Source: Chara braunii (taxonomy: Eukaryota > Plantae > Charophyceae). Taken from it: a stretch of 64,000 nucleotides of DNA. Shown here piece by piece: positions 39,101-51,540 of this stretch (positions are counted from its first letter, which is position 1; each line of letters opens with the position of its first letter). The notes under the pieces were generated by a model. The model searched no databases. It was not told where the DNA came from and worked only from the letters and a program-made list of their open reading frames with translations. Made by a program: the position numbers and the translations under genes. The stretch is taken from positions 806,316-870,315 of the forward strand of contig BFEA01000004.1 in NCBI GenBank assembly GCA_003427395.1. The letters are read 5' to 3'.

Positions 39101-39940
39101 CGTTTGGTAGACAATGGACTGAGAGAGGCGTGTTGAGAGTATCCGACCTATGGGACGAACTCACCGGCCAATGGAAGAAATTGGATGATCTGAAAGAAAA
39201 ACTCGGCCGTTTGGATCACATGGAGGAAAGAGCGGCCCGCTTGAGGGCCGCCCTCCCCCCGGAATGGAAATTCCTGCTAAGTCCTACAGGGACTCCTCCC
39301 CCGGGGACATGGTTTACTGTGCAGATACCACAAGCACAAGATGAACTGATGGGCTCATACTGGAAGCTGACTTCAATAGACACCGATGGATCAAAAAACT
39401 TCCAGCAGTGGATCAAGGTGCCTTCCTCAAACAAGCTCTTGGAGACCTCGGATGATCAAGAAGACACACCTAGCAGACCACTTGGGACCCTAACCCAGAT
39501 CAGAGTTAAGGAAGTGTGTGATGACGAAGGCAACTGGTCATGCACGGTCTGGGCAAAGGGCACCCCAATCAGACAATTAAGACTCGATCCAAAATTGTGG
39601 TCTTTGAAGACCTCGAAAAACTTCCCACAGGAAGCCTGGCTCACTAACTATACTTCAGCTGGCGGATATGAGCTGCAACGTTCCAACAGAGCCCCCATTA
39701 TGGTGGCAACGACGCGCTGGAGTCGGGTCTCCTCATATGAGAACACGACCATCAATCAGGATATCGCACGCTGTTGGGAGCAGATGCAAAAGCTACCCAA
39801 CCAGAGAGCTGCAGCAATCTTGTGACTACTCTCGCTGATGGCCACCCCCTCGGCTGTTTGGCTGGCTGAGAGGGGTATGCCTATAGCTACACAATGTATT
39901 AGATGCCGATGGCCTTTCGAATCGACAAAACATTTGTGGT
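36116..39940 (+). pseudogene. LINE ORF2: AP endonuclease, reverse transcriptase and C-terminal region; several stops/frameshifts; truncated in the C-terminal Zn finger
   Basis: IATWNIRGL, CIQETK, AGDWN, SDH; KSPGRDGLP, NWRPMSLLN, DLEKAYDRV, LRQGCPLAP, ALADDL, YLGV; CIRCRWPFESTKHLW at the junction. Confidence 0.93.
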
Positions 39941-41185
39941 AGTACGATGGGATCTACCAGGAATTGGGGTTGCTCCTATCATGTGAAATGAGGGATAGAG
40001 ATGTGAGTGCCAAGGCACAAAAGATGAGGCACCTCTATGTGGTAAGATATGGCCACTTGTTTATAAAGCGGCAGGTCGTGAACCCCAGGAGGATCGTACG
40101 TGGGAGAAACCGACAAGTTGATATCATAGCGGCCCTACACGATGGTGTAGCAGGGGGGCACAGAGGAGTAAGTGCCACGTGCGCAAAGATAAGCGAGCTC
40201 TACCATTGGGACGGGATGCTGACGATGGTTATCAAATAATGCCGGTCCTGTATACCTTACCAAGAGAGGGCGGCACAAAGGCCTGGAGAACCCCTACACC
40301 CAAGGTTAAAAAGGGAAGTGGGTGCGGTCGTACACCTGAACCTGTTATTCATGCCAGCAGGGGAGAATGGGTGTAACTACATCTTCGATGCATGGGATAA
40401 CCTTACTGGGTCTGTGGATGGACGAGCTATCCGGACGAAGACTGGCCCGGTTTTGGCGAACTGCATCAAGGAGTACTACCTGCGGTACCCTTTTATCAGG
40501 GAGTTCGTGATGGATCGATGGTCAGAGTTTACCTGCAATGAGGTGAGGACGTTGCTTGTAGGGTACGGCGTAGTGGCCAACTATACTACGGTCGCACACC
40601 CTCAAGCGAATGCTCCTGTGGAGAGGGGGCACAGTACCATCACGAATCTCCTGGCTAAGTGGACAGAGGGCAAACCTGTGGTCGAAGTTCCTAAGGGCAA
40701 CTTTCTTCATGGAGAATGTTACTGTAAAGAGGACTACCAAGTACGCGCCGGCCACGCTATGGTACGGGAGGCATGCCACCTTTCCCATAGAAAGCTTTAT
40801 GAAGACGTGGACGCGCCATGACTTGGAGGTGAACCTGTCCTTCGAAGAACTGCAAATTATTCGGGCGCGGCAAGTGGGGGCGGCCGAGGAAAGATTGCGA
40901 GAGGCCGCTGGTCAGGTAGAAAGGAGCCACATGGAAGATAAGATGAGGTGGGATCAAATGGCACGAGTAAGAAAGGAGCCATTGGCAGTAGGGGATGCCG
41001 TATTATTATACGACTCCTCTTTGGAAAAGCAATGGTCGAGGAAGCTTGACAAGAGATGGTTGGGCCCCTATAGGATATTGCGATGCGGCGAGTTTGGGGC
41101 CTATCAGATCGAGGAGCTGGACGGGACAGGCTGGCAGGATTGGGTATCGGAGACAAGGCTGAAGAAGTTCGTGGCTAGGGAATAG
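39941..41185 (+). pseudogene. Ty3/gypsy integrase (copy A), 5'-truncated
   Basis: HDGVAGGHRG, VMDRWSEF, HPQANAPVERG, RWLGPYRI; near-identical to 59771-61019. Confidence 0.92.
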
Positions 41186-41374
41186 GTAAAGAATCCTACC
41201 TTTCTCAGAGTAGACTGGTCCTTGAGGTATCGCATGGTATGGTTAGGACAGGTGAGGGAGTAGGAAAAGGCACGTGTATTGTCATAAAAATCTGATGAAC
41301 CGAGGGCTAACCTTGTTGTGGGCCTGCTTGCTTTCTCTCGCCTGTTGTGCAGGTCTGACTTTTCAAAGACAGCC

Positions 41375-44260
41375 ATGCAGAGGGGCGGGAGGGGCGCGCG
41401 GCCACGACAGGGGCCTCAGGGAGCATCAGGAGGGGATGACTCGCGCAGACCGGTTGGGAGGGAGTCTACACCTATCTTCGACGACGGTAACACAGAGCTT
41501 TTTCTGGACTCCTACCGGGCACATGCGACACGGGAGGGTTGGTCTACCTTGGAGAGGATACGACACCTGAGGGGAGTTGGGCGCTTCGAAGAGCCTATTG
41601 CGCACATTCGAGAGGAGGCGTTGACATGGCAGGATGTGGAGGCGAGGATGCAGATGCTGAGGGCTTTGCCGATGAGACCGGATGGATTGCCTATTCGATT
41701 GGAGGAAAGCAATGCGGAGGAGTTCATCCCGGCCTATGAGCAGTATATGCACGACCAGGGGACTGGGCAGGAGGAGTGGATGCAGATGCTGCCCCTCTGG
41801 ACACGGAGGGCGGGGAGGTCGTTGGCGAGGCAGATCCGAGACAGGGCACACGACTGGGAGGACTGCCAGGCCCAGTTGAGACAGGCATTCTGATGGCTGG
41901 AGCCCGAGAGACCAGAGCCCAGGGTGGAAAGACGACAAAGGAGTAAGAGGCCACGGGGCCCAGAGGCGAGAGAGACCACTACGACCAGAGGGGGCCGAAA
42001 GGCCTTGGCACAGCGAGAGGGGCCAGCAGAGGCCGCCCAGGCGGTGGAGCCAGTTCAGGCCGTGGGGCTAGCTCAGGCGGCCGAGCTACCCCCTACCTAT
42101 GGACTCGAGCAGGTGGAGTTTCACAGAATTACGGGCAACAATCTACGGGGCCCGTCGCCGACGTTACCAGAGGGGGGGGAAACGGTGCCATTGAGGACGC
42201 CGCTCGACAGGTTGGAGGCTCATCTCGACGCGTCCCAGTGGGGGGCGTCACAGCTGGGAGCGGACCAGAGCGGACCGGCCCGGTATGAGCCAATAGAGGA
42301 TGAGCCAGAGAAGGAGCCACCCGAGCCGGGGCCTGAGGCAAGGTCTCGCGAACCCAAGGAGCCACAGACTGAGGGGGTTATCACTGTTGGGGATGATACC
42401 CCTCCTCCTACCCCGATTCCAGAACAGGCACGACAGTATTGGCCTAAAGGAATTCCTGAGCCGGACAGCGAGGAGGTATTGGGGCCCCCACCGGAAGCTA
42501 CTACGCCACCCCCAACGCAGGCGGAGCCAGAGGGGGGCGAGAGGGCGAGGGCACCTACCACTGTGGCGCCGCAACCGACTGAGCCTACAGGTGCACGAAT
42601 GGAAGTGGAGGTGCCAACCTCCGGTGAGCCTCCGCCAGGGCCGCCACCCGTAGAAGAGGGGACTAGTGAGAGAGATCCACTGCGAGAGGGCCACGAGGCG
42701 AGGACAGGGAAGCCACCGGGGGAGACGAAAGAAGAGAAGCGCGCGAGGGTGCAGGTACGCCTCGAGGAGCTATACCAGGAAAAGCTTAGGATGGAGGCCG
42801 CAGGAGAACCACCAAAGCCGCCAATTGACCCTCCGACGAGCGAGCGGAGGATTAATGAGGCCTGGGCCGGCTATGAGAGCGAGAGGGATGCTGCTCGCCT
42901 GAGGTCGCGAGAGGCGGGACTGGGGAGTGCAAGATTGGGCGAGGCACGAGAAACAGAGGACTTGGGATTTTCAGCCGCCAGGATGGAGATTGAGCGTGCA
43001 GATAGGAGGATAGGTGAGGTGGCGGTCTCGTCCTTCCAACGGTACTCCATGCCCAGCGATGAGTTGGCGGCCTCGAGGTTAGAGGTGGGACAGTTGTCCA
43101 CCCAACTGGCAGAAGAGAGGGCAGAAAACCAGGGGTGGAGGACCCGCATGAGAGCCAAGGAGGCGGAGTGGGAGAAGAGGCTCCAGGGCGTGGCGGCGAT
43201 GGTAGAAAGGCGCTCGGCCACTAAGGTGATCGACTGGACGGAGCAGAGTCGGTATGGTATTCAGGGGAAGGAGGTACAGGGGCTCTTTGGCCAGGAAGGA
43301 ACGACGGAGACGCCACAGCCAGAGGGAATGGGGAAGGTATTCCTGGACCAGCAGAGGCGGAGCGAGGCGGGAGGCCGAGGAGAGAAGGTTTCAGCTTCAA
43401 GACTCCCATGGAATTGGCCTCGCGACAAGCCACCCCTATGACGATTGAGATCCCTGAGGGCGAGCCGGCGCAGGGACCCCAACCTCCGGTGGAGGAAGGG
43501 GTCCCCACAGAGGAGTCCCCTACGATCCTTTTGGAGGTGAAGGAGGGTGCCCTTACGGGAGTAGCAGCATCCACTGAGCCGGAGGCAATGGGGGGAGAGA
43601 CGTCTCGACCGGATGAGTTGGTGGTAGCTATGGAGTTAGACATGCCGTCAGGAGAACCTCAGAGACAGAAGACCCCGGAGCGCGTGCCAGAGATAGGGGA
43701 GCTGAGGACGCAGTTGGGCTCTTGGGCTACTGGAGCTAACTCGGGAGAGCACATTTCAGAGCAGCAGCAGGAAGTTATGAGTGAGCCAGCGACTGCCGTG
43801 ACTCCCCAGCCTTCCGACCTGCATAGGGACGAGGGGGTGACTGCAATGGGAGGAGTCCGCGAGGGTAGGCCAGTGAGATTGGACACTCTAGTGTACCGAC
43901 CCGGGGGAGATGAGACGCTAGCAGGGCCGAGTACCCAGATGATGGAGGCAAGGCCGGCAGAGTCATGGAGTATGCCCCAGAGCCACGAGATGAGCAGGGA
44001 AACTAGCGAGACGCCGCTGCTGCCTGGATCCCAGAAGAAGAAGAGGAGGTGTCGGGGGAGATCAAACGATCAGTGCTTCTTCTGTAAGGATGGCGTACAT
44101 AGAGCTCTTGAATGCCCAAAGTTCCTTAAGGACAAGGCGGCTGGGAGAGTGACAGAGAGTGGTGGGAGGATGTACGACCGACAGGGGCGAGTGGTAGAGC
44201 GGGCTCCAGATGGGTGTAGGGCATAGTTATATAGACAAAACCAGGAGGCTATGAGTGAGT
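41375..44260 (+). pseudogene. Extra ORF downstream of integrase (ORF3): Gag-like, with capsid-like N-terminus, Pro/Glu-rich and coiled-coil middle, and CCHC knuckle
   Basis: ORF pieces 41318-41893, 41924-43441 and 43408-44226; PIFDDGNTELFLDSYRAHATREGW; CFFCKDGVHRALEC at 44074-44115. Confidence 0.75.
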
Positions 44261-45973
44261 AGGGGCTGGTCCGTCTATATGACAGTAGGATTAGAGTTCC
44301 TCTGTGCGCAAAGACCGTGATAGGGGTGTACATACTTTGAGTTAGTCAGGCGAGTCCCGTCTAGTTGTATATACATAGGTGGCGGTTTGTGATCGGCTTG
44401 AGCTTTATGTGAGATACGGTCTAGGGGATGAGACGTAGTTGTATTATATCTACTACATAAGTGACTTGCATTTTCAGTTGTGTGACTCAAATACTCTTAC
44501 TTATATCTTTGAGTAGGTTCTAAGAGTCCATGACACTTGGGACGTGAGTCTATCCTGCGGAGTGAGACAGTGGAGTGAGTATTTGAGTGTTTTCGGGGCA
44601 GGCATTTTGTTCCCAAGTACACCCTACGAGTTGTGTGTTGAGGGTTTGAGTCGAGTGTCGTATTGAGATTTGAGGGAGATGTTTTGCTCCCGAATGTATC
44701 TTGGATTCCAGACTCTGTGAGACTTATTCTTGTGACGATCACAATCACTCTCACACGTGTGGCTTTATCCCAATGAATGAGGGTTTTGTGTGAGAGATGT
44801 GTGGGATACATCTCATGTATGTGTATTGTGTGATTGTGATTGTCGTCTACTCTTTGGTATACTCGTGCGGCCTGTCCATGGGCGGGCGGAACGGCCGGGT
44901 ATAAGAGGAGGCAGCGCGGTCGTTTTGGGACAGATGTATGAGGACCCTGAGGAGTCTTGCAAGCCTATAAGGCTCAAATGCTTACCATGCCGAATGTTTA
45001 TGGCTGAGTTGTGAAGGGGACCCATAAGTTGGCCCCTTAGTTCGAGTTGTTTTGTGTTTAAATTGGGGAGGCGGCCCATAAGAAGGCTGCTCAGTTGAGT
45101 TGTTCTATAATTGGGACCCCTCGGATTATGGAAGGTGGGGATGTTGTCTATTGACGGCAGTGTAACCCATGTCGCGTGATAGTCCTTCCTGTAAAGAGAG
45201 GGGCACCTGGGAGACCTGTTGAGAGAGACCCCCTTCATGTAAAAAAATGGGTGATAGATTTAAGGGCATGGTAAGCGATATTTGAATGATAAAGTCTGAC
45301 GAGAGGAACCAGGGTTACGGGTTGGAATCATTGGTGGAGCTGAGAAGGTCGCAAGTCAGTGCATAAGGATGTCGTGGGATGTGTGGTCTGCTGTGTCTGA
45401 TCAAGTCAATAGGCCACGGCCTCGTGTGAGTCTAGCGGTGAAATTGTTTGTGATTGTGAGAAGGGGCCGTGCCCTCTGTGTTGTCCCATAGGGGGCTGGT
45501 AAATACCCTTAAAAGTGGGGCGGGTCCCTGCGCCGTCCCGCAGTGGCCCTGTGAGTTTGTTTTGCGACGCACCGCTTAGACGCTTGTGCTAATCCTAAGG
45601 AATTTTGAGAAATACCAAGCTAAACGGTAAAGGTTAGCACCTCTAGGGCGCAACCCCTATTGGATGGCTGCGAGCCAGCAGAACCTGGCTGCGGGCCCAC
45701 GCCTACCAACGGGGTAAAGGTTTAAGGGGTTATGCACGCCCCAGGGAAATTACTTCAGTGGGATGGCGAGGGATACGAGTCGAGTCGTTTGGGCGCCCTG
45801 ATTGAATGCCTATCAGGACAAAACCTATCGTTGCATAACCAACGAAGGGACTGCTGCTAAGACAACAATGCAGTAGGCCGTAGATCTGGCTCGATCAACC
45901 AGACTATGGTGGGCCAGGATGAAGACCTAGCATTTCTGTACTAGATTGCAGAAAGAGATGAGAGGAGATTTAC

Positions 45974-46023
<50 letters not shown>

Positions 46024-47173
46024 TTAATTGTGAGGATTTTCATGAGGGAGGCGAGAGTGCCTTCTGAGGTCTCGTCTAAGGCCCTCGTCCTCGTATGGCT
46101 CTGCTTACAAGAGAGAGTCTAACTGGGACACCCAACGAAAAGTCGGCGTTTGTCTAGGACGAAGGGGAGAGGACGGTTTGAGGTGACCCTTGGAACTTAT
46201 GTTGTAGTATTGATGCGTAATACACCCCCGTCCTAGTGTCAGGACAACGGAAACCCAGGTTGAAACCCTGGCAGCATATAGTTATGTTGACATGGAATGT
46301 TGGAGGCCTCAACCCTGAGTCTGTCGGCTAATCGGAATTGGTTCTGCCCACGTCAGCACTTTGGAGTGTGAATGAATTTGTAGTCTTCTGATTTGGCGTA
46401 GCGACGGGGACGTCGCTTAATATAGTCCGGTAGGCTGTCGGCGCGAATACCCTTACAAGAGTATCCGCCCTGGTTTTTGCAAATGACAGAAAAACAAATG
46501 GGTTTGGTCGGCATAAGTCGGGTGAGCTGCGGCCGCGTCCGGGACCCGTCCTGACTAAGCTAAAGGGTATGTGGGCGCGCAGTTTTAAGGCGAGCGTGTG
46601 ATTTTTTCTGATTGAGTGAGTGGCCGGTCTAGTCGACCGACCAGGACCGTGCTATGGCTTGGATGAGGAGTAAGAGCTCGTCCCTGGGTTGGCATGCGTG
46701 ACCGTTGGTAGGATTGGCGCACGGGGTGGCGTGCGGGGCGGCCACGACGCAGTCTAAGTAGGTTGGGGCGGGGGCCTGGTGTTGGCGCGCCGGCCGCGGT
46801 AGGAGAGGAAAGGTCTAGGCTGTTGTTTCCAAGGCTAGGCACGGCGCAGCATCACTTCATATGGAAATCCGCGCCCAACTGTCTCAGGCTTGGGCTTAGC
46901 CCTATAGGTTACGATGTCGGACTATTGCCACGAAGACACGGGGATCGAGGCCAACATGCGGCGATGATGGAGTGGCGGAGCGTTGTGGAGAAAACTGAGG
47001 GGTTGAGGGCCCGACGGGGCTGTTCCCCTCTTGTTTTGTTAATGGACGCGGCAACAGACCCGACCCACGGGACCGGTAGGGCATCAGCAGCCCCGCATCT
47101 GGTTCAGGATCTTCTTTTTGTGGCTGGTTGTTCGAATTTTGGAGAGCCGCGGGTGGGGTACTATGGCGGCTAG

Positions 47174-47270
47174 GTCCTTCGGGACATCCGTTAGAATTGA
47201 AATAATATAGGGAAAGTTACATCGGCCACTGCGCAAGGGTGGTGTGCAGAGATCAAAGAAAAAAATGAAC
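47174..47270 (+). pseudogene. U6: Highly diverged U6 snRNA-derived copy
   Basis: GTCCTTCGGGACATCCGTTAGAATTGAAATAATATAGGGAAAGTTACATCGGCCACTGCGCAAGGGTGG is colinear with U6; the ACAGAGA box is degenerate. Confidence 0.75.
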
Positions 47271-47458
47271 CCGGACGCAGGTCGCGCCGGGTGCGTACGA
47301 GCTAAGGAGGATGGAACGGGTAGAAAGGCCGAGCGGTCGTTGTTATCGCCTCAAGGCATTACCCCGGCTAAAGTTTGGAGGGGCACCCGTTAGGGACTGG
47401 AACGATATAGTGGAGGCTGGTAGTGCCGGGAGGGGGGGCAACACGCATAAAGCGGAAA

Positions 47459-47541
<83 letters not shown>

Positions 47542-50109
47542 CGTTGCATTGGATCCCTCGCAGGCATACAACGCGCGCTGGTGCGTTATCGAGCCGAGTT
47601 GCGCTCTCGGGTTGAAGTGTAACACTAACAGGTCGGCGTAGCAGAGCAGCAACGGGGGAGAGTGAACGTGGGCGGAAGGCTGCGACGGGTGCACACGGGG
47701 CAAGGAAGTCGGAGATGGTGAGCACGGGTGGGGAAAGCAAGAGAGCAGGGGCTGTTGCGGGATGCGCTAATTACAACGGGCGGGGCAAGCCAATGGGGCC
47801 AGGGAGTCGAAAGCGGCCGACAGCGCGGTGTAGGGGAGTCGGACGCAGCGGCAAGGGCAGGAGAGAGACGAGGTGGGGTGGGGAATGAACCAGGCCCGGG
47901 GCCACGCCCGGGTGCATTCGGAGTTGGGGACGAGGAGAAGGTGGTAGTGGCGGAAGCAGTGTTGACGAGCTCGCTCGATTCCCAATGGAATCGAAGGAAT
48001 TTTGGTGTTAGGCGGGGGGTTTTGGCTATTGCGAGCACGGTGGCGTTGTCAGTTTCAGTAGAAAGTTAGTGGACTAGGTGCTAGTAGAAAAAGGGGGTGC
48101 GTGGCGATGTCAGGAAGGAGGCGAAGGGGAGTCTCAAGATCAGAGATCTCACCCGTTACTGAATGAAAATGGGCGATCAGAGACTCAAATCGGGGGTTTT
48201 GCAGATGGGCGACCCCGGATCTGAAGTGATAGGCGAAAGAATTAGTAGGATAGAGGTTAGTGGGAATAGGAGGTGCGCTGGGTCATGGCGGAGGGGAGTG
48301 TAGGCGGGAGAAAGAAAGTGAGAGAAACCTCCCGATCCTTGATGGAAACGGGCGGGGAGAGATCCTAGTCGGGGGTTCTATGGCAAGGCGAGCGCGATGG
48401 CGCGGTCGAAATTGGAAGCAAAGTAGTAATAGTGGCACTATGAGGGATACAAGATGCGTGTGGGAATAAAAGTGCAAAAGTTCGAATGTACTTTTCCCTG
48501 TTTCGGGGAAAATTTCATTCTTATTCCTTCTTTGTGAGTTGGCGGATCGCCTGAGTAAAGGGTAGGATACTACGAGGGTCAAGGATTGCGTAGCAGTGGA
48601 GAAGGATATCGGAGGAGGAAAGGGCCTGAAGAGAGAATGTATCTTACTGCGTTCTAGCGGAAGATTCATTCTCACTAGCACGGCTGTTGAGGGAGGGCGC
48701 CCCCTTGGTAAGCGACAGCCCCGCGTTCATAGTGAGTGCCTCGTAGTCGCAGCTCATCGATTGTCATCGGGCTCCTAAGCTCGTTGTCAGTCCGCTATTT
48801 GTGGAGCTCCTCGCCTCAGTCACGTCCGCCATACAATCAAAACCGCCATTTTGAGTGGGGGCGGCAAATGTGTCTGTGCCCTTACCTGCACCTTCGAGAC
48901 TGTCTTCGCCTGCAACCGTGGTTGCCTTCACCTTCACGCTGCCACCGCTTTCCCCATGTAGGACTTAGACGAGGAACGTACGAGTCTAGCCTAGATATCG
49001 GCCAAAGTACATAAGGGGGGCAAATCGCCTCTCACTGTGATCGAGAAGGATGGGCACAACGACAGGCGTAGCAGCGATGCGGCTTTTGAGAGGTGTGTAT
49101 CTCTTCATTGTCTAGTGGAAGACTCATTCGGCTGTGCTCATCCTATCAGCGGACAGTGTGGGGATAGTCGTGGGTGTGGGCGAGACCGCGACCAACTAGA
49201 TTGTTGCGCTACAGTTCGTACGTTTATTTACTTTGGCCTGGTGAGGCGGATGTGGTGGTTGGTACGGTGACCGCAGGCTGTCCCGGGCTAACTTCTGCCG
49301 ACGGATTGTTGAACCACGCGGCAGCATGGTGAAGCTTCTGCCGTATGTGGCCACAACACCTTACAATTGCATACGGGTGATGAGAGTATGGTGGTCGGCT
49401 GAGATTCAGTGGAGTCCGTCGGTGCTCCAGATTGCTGTGTAACGGTGATCAGGCTACGAAGGGGTGTTGAGGCTCAAAAGAGTGGTTGGGCTTGACAGGG
49501 GAGGTTAGTATTGCGAATTGAGGGATCGTCAGAGGAGTTGGGGGTCAGCGGCTGACTTTGGGCGGACCAGGCGGTTGCTACTAGGCCATCATTGTGGGGC
49601 CCTCAGGCGAGTGAAGGTATCAAGGCCCTCTCGCGCGAGTCTCAGAGCACCCTTCTTGGATCAGAGAGTCTCAAACTTGTCTCTTTCTGCCCTTCTTACT
49701 CTGAATCTAGTCTCCTAGTTCTGAGAGGAAGGCGGCAGGCCGGATTGCAACCCGTAATCCGCGCCAAGGCCTTTGTGGGAGATGCGCCCCACCGATTGCG
49801 GGAGCTCTGCCGGAGCCTAGGCGAGGCTCTGGAGGCAGGGAATTGAAAGGTAACCTTTTGCGTTCCCTCTAATACCCAGGTATAACCCCTACCTGTACAC
49901 CCTGCTATGTTTGACTGAGTATAACGTGTGCTCCTTTATTTTGACTAAAGTGGACTGGCAAGACAAGTCAGATTAAGTAAAGGACTGTGTGTGCAATCGC
50001 AGTTTCAATTTCCTTGATTGACTGAAAGCAGATTATGAACACAAGAGGTTGCATCTGGGGGAAGGGTGGGTGAAAGGTGGTTTTGCTTGAGCTCGGCAGG
50101 GTCTTATGG

Positions 50110-50935
50110 GGTCAGACCAGTTCCATAAGATTGGACGGCCTGACCGCTGTGTTTTATTTTTGAATTGCATGGAGAGTCAGACCAGTTCCATAAGATTGGA
50201 CGGTCTGATTGCTCTGAATTGTGAGGGTTTGACTGTGGCTGACTTTTCAGGGGCCAAACTTGTACGATAAGATTGGAGGGTTTGGTTGCCATGTTTGATT
50301 GGAGTTTGTTCTGCTTCTTTTGATTCTGATCGAGGAGGTCTGAGCAAGTCTATAAGATTGGACGGCTCAGCCCCCCTCTTGTTTTATTCTGAGGGGATAA
50401 TCCTTGCTGAGGGCAGGGCACGTCCATAAGATTGGACGGCCTTGGACTCATGCCGTACACAGTTGGGTCAGAGAGGAACGAATCTGACAGAGGACCAGAC
50501 CAGTTCCATAAGATTGGACGGTCTGGCCCAATGCCTCGCACATGCTGGAACCCAAAGGGTTAAAAATTGGCTATATTTTATACTATCATATTTATGAACA
50601 GGCTAGTCAGGCATGGGTTCCATAAGATTGGACGGGCTGGCTATAGCTTATCATAAAATGAAGAGAGTATAATTAAGAGTATAATTGAAGGTAACCCTGG
50701 GCAGGTCGGGCTTTGTTCTAAGATGAATGACTCGGTCCTATGCCCATCTTTTGAACACTAAGCTCAGAGAGGTATGTATAAGTTGGATATTAAACAGTTC
50801 CGGGCGGCTAAGCCTTGTTCTAAGATGAACGGCCTAGTCGTATGCCCAAAAAGAAGAGAGAAGTAGTTGTGCAACCTGTTCGTGTATACTCAATGGCCGA
50901 GTCAGGCCAGTTCCATAAGATTGGACGGCTTGACT
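50110..50935 (+). repeat. Array of 10 stem-loops with invariant TAAGAT loop
   Basis: ATAAGATTGGA core at 50125, 50190, 50267, 50352, 50426, 50508, 50622 and 50915; GTTC-TAAGAT-GAA(C/T) at 50715 and 50817. Confidence 0.85.
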
Positions 50936-51249
50936 TTATGCCCTATGTAAGCTGGGTATAAGGGGATAAAGCATTGAGAAGTTACGAACTATTGTTTGCA
51001 AAGTTTGACCTGGGGTGGCGAGAGTACTTACCCTTGTGGTTTGGCCTGCATGAGGCTGAGTGAGGCTACTACTTGGTTTGAGTGTCAGGCTGACACATAG
51101 TTGTTTTAGAGACTCGCCTCGTGCTAGAGCGATAAGAGTTAGGTCAATTCCTGCATTTTCTGAGCTAAGTTTTTTACTTAGATCGATCGCATTTTCTGAG
51201 ATCTTTCGTTATACTTAACTCTGTACAAATTTTGGTAGGCTACTTTCTT

Positions 51250-51540
51250 TACGGGAAGCGCTGCCGAAATTTCTGCAAATCCAAGGAGTTAGTCAAATTT
51301 TGACTTGTCAAGGTTCAATTTGTCTAAAGTTTATGTATGACTTAGTAAAAATATGGAAAGTCTCCTTTTCTAAAGGGACTGCTGCCTAAATTTTTGCTAA
51401 TTCAGGGAGTTAGACAAAATTGGACTTTGGAAAGTCAAGGACTATGTTTGATTTTCTATTTGGGTTGATACAAATTATGAAAAGGCACTTTCCTACGGGA
51501 AGCGCTGCCGAAATTTTCTTAATTTAGAAGAGTTAGATTA
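51250..51540 (+). repeat. Degenerate ~122-bp tandem x3 with GCTGCCGAAATTT motif
   Basis: ACGGGAAGCGCTGCCGAAATTT at ~51251 and ~51495, variant at ~51372; each followed by GAGTTAG. Confidence 0.65.

Noticed and set aside
41292-41320. CTGATGA as a hammerhead core
   Set aside because: No GAAA, and copy B reads TTGATGA.
47461-47541. Poly(T) tract as the tail of a minus-strand retrocopy
   Set aside because: No TSD or recognisable body found.
50110-50935. CRISPR array (repeat plus unique spacers)
   Set aside because: Eukaryotic retroelement context, irregular spacing, short variable repeats and no cas genes. Better explained as a hairpin array.
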